Shown here: piece by piece, positions 35,378 through 41,826 of the stretch
Numbering within the stretch: the first letter of the stretch is position 1
Layout: each line of letters begins with the position of its first letter
Source of the DNA: a virus
Virus record (IMG/VR): IMGVR_UViG_3300045988_171964
Reading direction: 5' to 3' (one strand)
DNA length: 64,000 nucleotides
Position numbers and translations under genes: made by a program
Notes under the pieces: model-generated
What the model saw: the letters and a program-made list of their open reading frames with translations, nothing else
The model's database searches: none
Told to the model about the DNA's origin: nothing

Positions 35378-36478
35378 ATGCAAGAACAAATAAATCTTAC
35401 AATTCCGAAGGGTTGGAACCAATGTACTCCCTCCCAGTTGGAAGCCCTCGCTGCCATCATGCAGGAGCAGATAGCCAAAGTAGACCGCTATCACCCCTTC
35501 GATATGCAGAAGGTGAAGATAGCCGTCTTCTTCCTTTTTGCGGGGATAAGCATCAATGCCTATCCCGACCCTCGTCTGCCCCTCAATGAGCAACATTACC
35601 TGGTAAGCATAGAGCCGCAGAAGAAGAGCCTCCTGAAGAAGCTACTCTCCCTCTGCGCCCCCGTCCCCAGCGATTCTATCGCTGGTCACCCCCAGAGTAG
35701 CCATTTCCCCCTCTACCTCTGGCAGCTCAACTATTGGCTCTCCCCGAAAGCCAAGACCGATAATAAGACCTCCCCTGAGTATATCGCTCAGGGCGCAGGT
35801 CTTCTCGATTGGCTGGATGCAGATAGCGGTAATTTTCTCACCCGCTTTCCCTATCCGATTATCGGACAGAAAGCCAAGTGGTATCGTCGTGCAAAAGCCT
35901 TTCGTGGTCCGAACCCAGACCTCGATGGTTTCTCCTGGCAGCAATACCGTTTTGCCAGTGATATGATGCAGACCTACACCAAGTTAAGCAATAACCTGGT
36001 AAAGATGAAGCAGATGAATAAGTTCACCGAGGAGCAACTCCAGACGCAAGCTCAGAGTGTCGCAAGTGCAAGAAACATGTTCCTTGCTACCATCTTTAAC
36101 ACCACCACCCAGTACGTCGATCCGACAACAGGCATCACGAAATACGATTTTCATTATGAGTCCAAGCAGTTCACCGAGAACGCAGGTTATTTCGTCAAAT
36201 ATCCGGAAGCCAACTGGCAGGTGATATTATTCTGGTGGAGTGGCATCATGCACACCCTAGCCCATCGCTATCCTCACGTATTTAAGGTGCAGAAGGTAGA
36301 TAATAAAAAGCCGCAAACCCCGATGGAAATCTACACCGCCACCACCGCCACGATGCAGAAGTATGCTGGCCTAACGGAAGATCAGGTCAATACTCAGTCC
36401 TATTCCCTCGTTCTCGAACACCTCGAAAGGTTGTCGAAAGAGAATGAGGAAATGGAAAAAATGAGGAGAAACAAATGA
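35378..36478 (+). CDS. hypothetical protein (Motif-A copy embedded in frame)
   Basis: 366-aa ORF. Its stop overlaps the ATG of the first TRD-like mini-ORF (ATGA). Confidence 0.5.
   Translation: MQEQINLTIPKGWNQCTPSQLEALAAIMQEQIAKVDRYHPFDMQKVKIAVFFLFAGISINAYPDPRLPLNEQHYLVSIEPQKKSLLKKLLSLCAPVPSDSIAGHPQSSHFPLYLWQLNYWLSPKAKTDNKTSPEYIAQGAGLLDWLDADSGNFLTRFPYPIIGQKAKWYRRAKAFRGPNPDLDGFSWQQYRFASDMMQTYTKLSNNLVKMKQMNKFTEEQLQTQAQSVASARNMFLATIFNTTTQYVDPTTGITKYDFHYESKQFTENAGYFVKYPEANWQVILFWWSGIMHTLAHRYPHVFKVQKVDNKKPQTPMEIYTATTATMQKYAGLTEDQVNTQSYSLVLEHLERLSKENEEMEKMRRNK
35651..35687 (+). repeat. Motif-A hairpin copy A6, inside a CDS
   Basis: CTCTGCGCCCCCGTCCCCAGCGATTCTATCGCTGGTC, translated as LCAPVPSDSIAGH. 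Confidence 0.85.
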
Positions 36479-36606
36479 TAGATGTAAAGGCATCTGTACA
36501 CCCTTTGAGTCATAAACAGAAATGGAAGAAATGGGCGGGGCTTTCTCCTGCACTCAGAGCCACCGATTACAAATGCCCACACTGCATAAGGATAGAGTAT
36601 GAATAA
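36475..36606 (+). CDS. C5-MTase TRD-like mini-ORF a (43 aa)
   Basis: MIDVKASVHPLSHKQKWKKWAGLSPALRATDYKCPHCIRIEYE. SPALRATDYK resembles the (S/T)PTLRAxDYK TRD block. Ends in the TATGAATAA junction. Confidence 0.5.
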   Translation: MIDVKASVHPLSHKQKWKKWAGLSPALRATDYKCPHCIRIEYE

Positions 36607-36730
36607 CCATCGTTTTTATCAATATCCACGAGGCGAGAATAAGGGCGGTATTCTAAATACGGATCTCTGCCCTACCATTACCATCAATGCGTGGGAGTCG
36701 AACGTTTTTCTGATAAAGAAATATGAATAA
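36599..36730 (+). CDS. C5-MTase TRD-like mini-ORF b (43 aa)
   Basis: MNNHRFYQYPRGENKGGILNTDLCPTITINAWESNVFLIKKYE, with a CPTIT...W..N TRD-type block. TATGAATAA junctions at both ends. Confidence 0.5.
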   Translation: MNNHRFYQYPRGENKGGILNTDLCPTITINAWESNVFLIKKYE

Positions 36731-37049
36731 TAACACCCAACCTCAATACAAGCGAGGAACGATTATCAAGAACGGAAAGAGATATGGCTTTTATCCTGAT
36801 GGTTCTCTCTATCGGATATACTCCACCTCCGACCGTCCGTTTCTTGAAATCGTGGATATAGAAGGTAAGACCTTCCTACGCATTCGTCAGGCAACAGAGC
36901 AAGGTTATACCGATTGTCCTGCACCAGGTGCAGCCGATTTAAGCTACCCCTCTTCTGCCCTAAGACGTAGCCGCACCGTTGGAGGGGGTAAATTGGTAAA
37001 TGCACTCACGGCTGCCAGTAGCAATCCGTTTGTGTTTGTAGAATTATAA
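36723..37049 (+). CDS. C5-MTase TRD-like ORF c (108 aa)
   Basis: IRQATEQGYTDCPAPGAADLSYPSSALRRSRTVGGGKLVNALTAASSNPFVF resembles the ATKxGY..GD..L.P.S.TRRGRVG...TLT TRD type. Confidence 0.55.
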   Translation: MNNNTQPQYKRGTIIKNGKRYGFYPDGSLYRIYSTSDRPFLEIVDIEGKTFLRIRQATEQGYTDCPAPGAADLSYPSSALRRSRTVGGGKLVNALTAASSNPFVFVEL

Positions 37050-37078
37050 ACAAAAAAAGATTTATAGAGCAAAACAAA

Positions 37079-38380
37079 ATGATAACAAAGTTTAATTTCA
37101 AGGATAAGACTATTAAGTCTTATGCCATCCGAAAGCTGACACCCTTCGAGTGTTTCCGACTGATGGGTGTTCGTGATAACGTGATACAAACCATGCAGAG
37201 TACCAATGCCCAGGCAGCCGAACGCATCGCCAACTACAAGGGCAAGGGCAAACCTGAAGATATGGCAGTATCAGCCAGTCAGCAATACAAGCAGGCAGGT
37301 AACTCCATCGTGGTAGATGTGCTCGCAGCCATCTATCAGCAACTCTGGTATCCGAAAGAGCCAAAGCGTGAGGCACAGACCTCATTCTTTGCCGATTTCT
37401 TCCCAGAAGACCAACTCCCTACCTATCCAGTAGATAAGAACCATGGTGAGAAACTTATCCTCACCACCTTTTCCGGTTACGACTCGCAGTTGATGGCAGC
37501 CGATGTTCTCGCCCAGCAGCACCCTGATTTCCGCTGGACGTGCGTAGGCTGGAGCGATATAGATAAGTATGCCTGTCAGATGCACAACCTCATCTTTCCG
37601 CAGTTTGCTGACAAAGCCTTGGGCGATATAACCAAAATCGACTGGCAACAGGTAAAGAATAATGTGGGGGGGCAAGAAATCGACCTTTTTACCTATTCTT
37701 CACCTTGTCAGGATATATCGCAAGCCGGCAAGCAGATGGGGTTGAAGGAAGGTTCCGATACCCGCTCGGCATTATTGTGGCGAGTAGCCGATGCCGTGGA
37801 AGTGTTGCGCCCGAAGTATCTGCTTCAGGAGAACGTGGCAGCCCTGGTAAGCGAGAAGTTTCTGCCCGATTTTCAGAAGTGGCTTGATAAGCTCTCATCT
37901 CTCGGTTACGTAAGCCGATGGGCAAGACTCAATGCCAAAGACTATGGTGTTCCGCAGAACCGCGACCGAGTTTTCTGCCTCTCAATGAGAAAAGATGTAG
38001 CCTTCGATTACCAGTTTCCCGACCCTATTCCGCTGAAGAGAAAGTTGGAAGATGTGTTGCAGGAGGAAGTAGATACAAGGTTCTTCTTGAAAGATGAAGC
38101 CGTCAGCAAGTTCCTCCAGGCAAACGATAAAGACACCTGCGTCTTCCATCAGTTCGATATAGAGCCGAGCCACGAGAACGCCATGGCATTGAAAGCCATC
38201 CTCACCCTTTATCTGGAAGAGACGCATCTTTGGCATTGCACTCCCCAAGAACTGCAGGAACAGCTTTCTTCCGCTCACGAGGACATCATTATGCCGCTGT
38301 TCAATGACTGGAAAGAGAACGGCAAGTTCGCAAATCCTAAGTTGGAAAGTATGTATCATCATTTTTTGGAGAAGAAATGA
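37079..38380 (+). CDS. DNA (cytosine-5) methyltransferase catalytic core, circularly permuted (IX-X then I-VIII), no recognisable TRD
   Basis: Motifs in order: IX AIRKLTPFECFRLMGV; X YKQAGNSIVVDV; I TTFSGYDSQ; IV YSSPCQDISQAGK; VI LLQENV; VIII PQNRDRVF. Contains G7 at 37666-37672. Confidence 0.9.
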   Translation: MITKFNFKDKTIKSYAIRKLTPFECFRLMGVRDNVIQTMQSTNAQAAERIANYKGKGKPEDMAVSASQQYKQAGNSIVVDVLAAIYQQLWYPKEPKREAQTSFFADFFPEDQLPTYPVDKNHGEKLILTTFSGYDSQLMAADVLAQQHPDFRWTCVGWSDIDKYACQMHNLIFPQFADKALGDITKIDWQQVKNNVGGQEIDLFTYSSPCQDISQAGKQMGLKEGSDTRSALLWRVADAVEVLRPKYLLQENVAALVSEKFLPDFQKWLDKLSSLGYVSRWARLNAKDYGVPQNRDRVFCLSMRKDVAFDYQFPDPIPLKRKLEDVLQEEVDTRFFLKDEAVSKFLQANDKDTCVFHQFDIEPSHENAMALKAILTLYLEETHLWHCTPQELQEQLSSAHEDIIMPLFNDWKENGKFANPKLESMYHHFLEKK

Positions 38381-38568
38381 GCAAGAAAAAGATTCGCAAT
38401 AAGATACCGAAATGCACTCAGTGCTCTGCATCTCTTAATTTCGTTGGTAATGAAGAGTATGGAGATAATGGTTATAAGTATCTTTATCATTGTCCGAACT
38501 GCAGTGCAGACTTAGAGGTTTTTGAACCTTTGGAAGAAGATAAACCCCAATATCCATTTTGGCAATGA
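38377..38568 (+). CDS. zinc-ribbon protein (63 aa)
   Basis: CTQC...CPNC. ATGA overlaps with both neighbours. Confidence 0.5.
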   Translation: MSKKKIRNKIPKCTQCSASLNFVGNEEYGDNGYKYLYHCPNCSADLEVFEPLEEDKPQYPFWQ

Positions 38569-38714
38569 TAAAGGTAAGTTCTTTAAACCCGGACCCTATC
38601 TATCTTGTAGTAAGCAGATGTTTGAAATCACAGTATCAGCGAAACTCGATAGTAAACTTTCTGAAGGCTACAGGCGGTAGGGCTGCAACGGCTGTAATAG
38701 TAAGATATGATTAA
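38565..38714 (+). CDS. TRD-like mini-ORF j (49 aa)
   Basis: MIKVSSLNPDPIYLVVSRCLKSQYQRNSIVNFLKATGGRAATAVIVRYD. Weak TRD likeness. Ends in the TATGATTAA junction. Confidence 0.4.
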   Translation: MIKVSSLNPDPIYLVVSRCLKSQYQRNSIVNFLKATGGRAATAVIVRYD

Positions 38715-38880
38715 AGGTTTATTTTCATTAAGCATACATCATAAAATGCCGATAAACGTAGATAACGATTGCTTTCACTGTCCGGTCTGCACTCATTATC
38801 ATAAGCTGGCATTATCCGATATTCTTCCTGGTTTAAAACGTAGGTGTAATCGTGAGGGTGCTGTAATTGTAGAAATATAG
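38707..38880 (+). CDS. mini-ORF k (57 aa), Cys/His-rich
   Basis: ..DNDCFHCPVCTHYHKL..KRRCNREG... Starts in the junction motif. Confidence 0.35.
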   Translation: MIKGLFSLSIHHKMPINVDNDCFHCPVCTHYHKLALSDILPGLKRRCNREGAVIVEI

Positions 38881-38884
38881 AACT

Positions 38885-39034
38885 ATGAATAGTAATCGCC
38901 CTATCATCCTCGGCTCGTATAGCCCATCTCAAAACGGCATAATCGTGCATCCTAAAGGTATTGCCCTATGCCTTTGTGGAGGGGGCAAAGGGCACGACGT
39001 AGATAAACCGAAAATATTATTAGAGTATGAATAA
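38885..39034 (+). CDS. C5-MTase TRD-like mini-ORF d (49 aa)
   Basis: MNSNRPIILGSYSPSQNGIIVHPKGIALCLCGGGKGHDVDKPKILLEYE, of the SQ..RVY..GI.PTL.A.GGG type. Confidence 0.5.
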   Translation: MNSNRPIILGSYSPSQNGIIVHPKGIALCLCGGGKGHDVDKPKILLEYE

Positions 39035-39128
39035 GGTTATAATAGATAAAGGCAGCATTCCTCCTTCTGAAGAGAAAGAGGATGATCCTAATGATATGCC
39101 ACCCCTCGTATTGATAGAATATGATTAA
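39027..39128 (+). CDS. mini-ORF e (33 aa), acidic linker-like
   Basis: MNKVIIDKGSIPPSEEKEDDPNDMPPLVLIEYD. Junction motifs at both ends. Confidence 0.3.
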   Translation: MNKVIIDKGSIPPSEEKEDDPNDMPPLVLIEYD

Positions 39129-39297
39129 GATATTAGCCATTCACGAGGCGAGAACAGAGCACGCAAAGGAAGTACGCAAGCAGACTGGCACCAACGATTA
39201 TCGGGATAAAGCCATCTTCTTTCGTGACAGCTTCCTGATGCAGTGCATCGGTACCTTCCACACGAAGGATAATCTCCTTGCCTTCAGATATGAATAA
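39121..39297 (+). CDS. C5-MTase TRD-like mini-ORF f (58 aa)
   Basis: ..RTEHAKEVRKQTG..FRDSFLMQCIGTFHTKDNLLAFRYE. Paralog of mini-ORF h. Confidence 0.5.
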   Translation: MIKILAIHEARTEHAKEVRKQTGTNDYRDKAIFFRDSFLMQCIGTFHTKDNLLAFRYE

Positions 39298-39306
39298 AGA
39301 AAAGTT

Positions 39307-39471
39307 ATGAAAGAAATACATCCGATAGTAGTAGGCTTGCTGAATATGCCTCCGTTTGATAAGCGTTTTCAGCTGGCAAAACGAGTGTATGCAGTAAAAG
39401 GCATAGCCCCTGCTTGTAATACATGTGGAGGGGGTGGACTTCAGCCCAAAATATTTGTGGAATATGATTAG
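39307..39471 (+). CDS. C5-MTase TRD-like mini-ORF g (54 aa)
   Basis: ..FQLAKRVYAVKGIAPACNTCGGGGLQPKIFVEYD. Paralog of mini-ORF d. Confidence 0.5.
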   Translation: MKEIHPIVVGLLNMPPFDKRFQLAKRVYAVKGIAPACNTCGGGGLQPKIFVEYD

Positions 39472-39646
39472 GCAAGCCATCATTACTCACTATCGAACCG
39501 AGGAAGCGAAGGCATATCGCAAGATACACGGCGACAGAGGCGGTTGCCGTTATAAGGATAAATACCATCGTCCAAGCCCATCACCCTGGAGTAACTGCAT
39601 TTCCACCGTAACAAAAGATAATCTTTTATGGCAGCAATACGAATAA
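39464..39646 (+). CDS. C5-MTase TRD-like mini-ORF h (60 aa)
   Basis: ..RTEEAKAYRKIHGDRGG...SNCISTVTKDNLLWQQYE. Confidence 0.5.
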   Translation: MIRQAIITHYRTEEAKAYRKIHGDRGGCRYKDKYHRPSPSPWSNCISTVTKDNLLWQQYE

Positions 39647-39786
39647 GAACCTGCGCAAGCAGAGGCAGAGCAGATGGAGATTGGTATTCCAATCCTCACT
39701 CCCAAAGGTTAGAAATCGGGGGGGGTATCAGTAACGCCATCTCCTCCATCGCCAAGGATTTCATGATCATTATCAATTATGAATAA
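39628..39786 (+). pseudogene. degenerate C5-MTase motif IX-X remnant (52-aa ORF i)
   Basis: MAAIRIRTCASRGRADGDWYSNPHSQRLEIGGGISNAISSIAKDF. IRIR and SQR..IG.GIS...IAK echo motifs IX and X, but motif IX is only legible (SRWRLVF) in another frame. Contains G8 at 39718-39725. Confidence 0.35.
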
Positions 39787-39795
39787 AAAGAGGAG

Positions 39796-39826
39796 CCACC
39801 GTTCCCAGCGATTCTATCGCTGGTCC
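39796..39826 (+). repeat. Motif-A hairpin copy A7
   Basis: CCACCGTTCCCAGCGATTCTATCGCTGGTCC. Confidence 0.85.
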
Positions 39827-39836
39827 CCTCCCCTCT

Positions 39837-39872
39837 TTGTCCCCACCAAAACCACAAAAACCCCTAACTTTA
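39837..39872 (+). promoter_or_regulatory. phage promoter, TTGTCCCCA-N19-TAACTTTA
   Basis: TTG at 39837 and a variant -7 box at 39865-39872, in the same register. Confidence 0.5.
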
Positions 39873-39966
39873 CACTCAGAAATAGAGAAAAAAGCGGGCG
39901 CGCGTATATCGCCACCCTTCTCTCTTTCCATCACATTCAGGATAACATAAAAAAAGAAACGCAAAA

Positions 39967-41784
39967 ATGGCAAGCAAAAACAAAAACAGAGTAACCAACC
40001 TGCAGCAGCTCCTAAATCGTAGTGAGGAACTGAAAGATGCAGGCTATGTAGCCGTTCGCCCGGATGCCTTTACGCCGCTTAAAAATGGCGGCGGTAAAGT
40101 CTTTTCCTGGAACGACTACGTTCACGGCATGCTCCTAACCACAGCCGGTATGTCGGCAAGCGGTGGCGACACAGGCGGTTCTGCAGCACGTCAGCAAGTC
40201 TCCACTATCTTTGCATCGAGTGGCGGCGAGAACCTGGGTAAACCGAAGGACGTAGGTACCGAAGGCTTAGGCTTTATGGAATGGGGTATGGCCAACCGAC
40301 TGCCAAATCTTATCTGGATGCTTTCCCGTATGTCGCCTTTTACAGCAGCAGGAGTAGATTACATCAAGAAGATACTGGTAGGTCGCGGTCCCGCAGCCAA
40401 GTATCATTACACCCAGTACGTTGGCGGTAACATCACGGAGAAGTATATCCCCTACGAGAGCGCAGGAGTTCTTCTCCGAGGTCAGATAGCTGACCTCAAA
40501 GCCAAGGAAGAGGCAGCCGCCGAAGCCAAGCGCCAGAACGAGCAGCAGAACCAGAACGGGCAGTCTCAACAGGAGGAGTCTCCGTTCTCTGCGGTTCAAT
40601 CGCAGGTCTTATCCACCGATGAAGAGGAAAGCGAGGAGATGAAATCCCTGAAAGAAGCACTCCACAAATGGGAAGAAACCAATGCCCAGCTTCGTGATTT
40701 CTTAGAAAACAACGACCTGATGCAGACCTTCCTCGATTTGGCAGGAGATATGGCTTTGATGTCACAATGCTTTGTAGAACTTCAGCTTAATCAGCGTTCC
40801 CTCGACGAGAACGGCAAAGCTGTTCCCACCGCTCAATGGACTCCGAAGGTGATCGGTCTGAAGCATCGCAGTATCTTCACTACCCGACTGGAGCGCATGG
40901 ACGAGAACTACCGCATCAACTATGCCTACGTCAGCAATCAGTGGCTCGACCCTACCCAATACGTCGGTGTGCAGAAAGAGGAAGACCGCAAGATAGCGGC
41001 TATCCCTTATCTCCCTACCCCATCAGCCGTGAAGGATTTGCAGCGCAAGATACGCGAGGCACGTCAGAAGAACGTAAGCCGCAAGAAACGCCCTACTCGC
41101 TTCATCATGTCGCCAAGAGATTTCGGCGGTCCATACTATGCCGATGCCCTTTGGCACTCCATCTTTGCCGGCAGCATTTTTGAGTATGCCTTCACCATCG
41201 TAGATGACCGCCTTACCCGAAAGCGCAACAGTAACATCATCGGTAGAGTTATCTATATCCATCAGGACTATATCAGCAGGCTCTATCAGCAGCAGGGTGA
41301 GAAGAAAAAGAAGACCCAGGGCGAGATTCAGAACGAAATCTTTACCTCTATCAATACCTGGCTCTCTAACCCCGATAATGCTGGTCAGGCGCTCATTTCC
41401 TCTGCCTTCACGGGCAGCGATGGGAATGAGCACAAAGCTTGGGAAATCGTAGAAATCGAAACCAAGGCAAATGATCAGGCGAATGCCGACAAAACCGAGT
41501 TGCAGGAAATAAGCAGCATCATCTTCTTTGCCATGGGACTTGATGCAAAGCTCATTGGTAATACCCCTGGCGATACGGCATCATCGGGCGGTACAGACCT
41601 GAGAGAGCGCTTCCTTGTCAAGCAAATCCAGTTTGCTCCTTTACAGCAGTTAATGATACGCCCGTTGGAAGTTTTGAGCCGATTCAACGATTGGGATGAG
41701 CACCTGGTATGGCAGATAGACCGAGAGGTATTGACCACCCTCGATAACTCGAAGACCGGAGTGGCGAAACAAGAGGCCTCTTAA
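39967..41784 (+). CDS. portal protein (putative)
   Basis: 605 aa. It opens the long plus-strand virion block behind a phage promoter. Size and overall character fit a portal, but there is no diagnostic motif. Confidence 0.5.
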   Translation: MASKNKNRVTNLQQLLNRSEELKDAGYVAVRPDAFTPLKNGGGKVFSWNDYVHGMLLTTAGMSASGGDTGGSAARQQVSTIFASSGGENLGKPKDVGTEGLGFMEWGMANRLPNLIWMLSRMSPFTAAGVDYIKKILVGRGPAAKYHYTQYVGGNITEKYIPYESAGVLLRGQIADLKAKEEAAAEAKRQNEQQNQNGQSQQEESPFSAVQSQVLSTDEEESEEMKSLKEALHKWEETNAQLRDFLENNDLMQTFLDLAGDMALMSQCFVELQLNQRSLDENGKAVPTAQWTPKVIGLKHRSIFTTRLERMDENYRINYAYVSNQWLDPTQYVGVQKEEDRKIAAIPYLPTPSAVKDLQRKIREARQKNVSRKKRPTRFIMSPRDFGGPYYADALWHSIFAGSIFEYAFTIVDDRLTRKRNSNIIGRVIYIHQDYISRLYQQQGEKKKKTQGEIQNEIFTSINTWLSNPDNAGQALISSAFTGSDGNEHKAWEIVEIETKANDQANADKTELQEISSIIFFAMGLDAKLIGNTPGDTASSGGTDLRERFLVKQIQFAPLQQLMIRPLEVLSRFNDWDEHLVWQIDREVLTTLDNSKTGVAKQEAS

Positions 41785-41785
41785 A

Positions 41786-41818
41786 GGTAAAAAAGTAAAA
41801 AAGTAAAAAGGTAAAAAA
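41786..41818. repeat. (G)GTAAAAA(A) x4 A-tract repeat
   Basis: GGTAAAAAAGTAAAAAAGTAAAAAGGTAAAAAA, preceded by CTCTTAAA. A second copy lies at 59686-59711. Confidence 0.8.
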
Positions 41819-41826
41819 TAAGAAAT

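Noticed and set aside
36475-39786. Stop-codon reassignment (a recoded phage) as the explanation for the many short ORFs in the methyltransferase locus.
   Set aside because: TAA, TAG and TGA all terminate long, well-behaved genes elsewhere in the window. The junction-linked mini-ORFs sit in different frames, so read-through of the stops would not join them.
39779-39994. ORFs that read straight through repeat elements: 39779-39994, 59674-60114, 25025-25363, 5259-5450, 35326-35589, 20583-20825 and 11634-11828.
   Set aside because: Each is composed largely of Motif-A or Motif-B, promoter or terminator sequence, for example the peptides RSQRFYRWSP and NIQHSTLNI. They give low-complexity products, so they are more parsimoniously non-coding.
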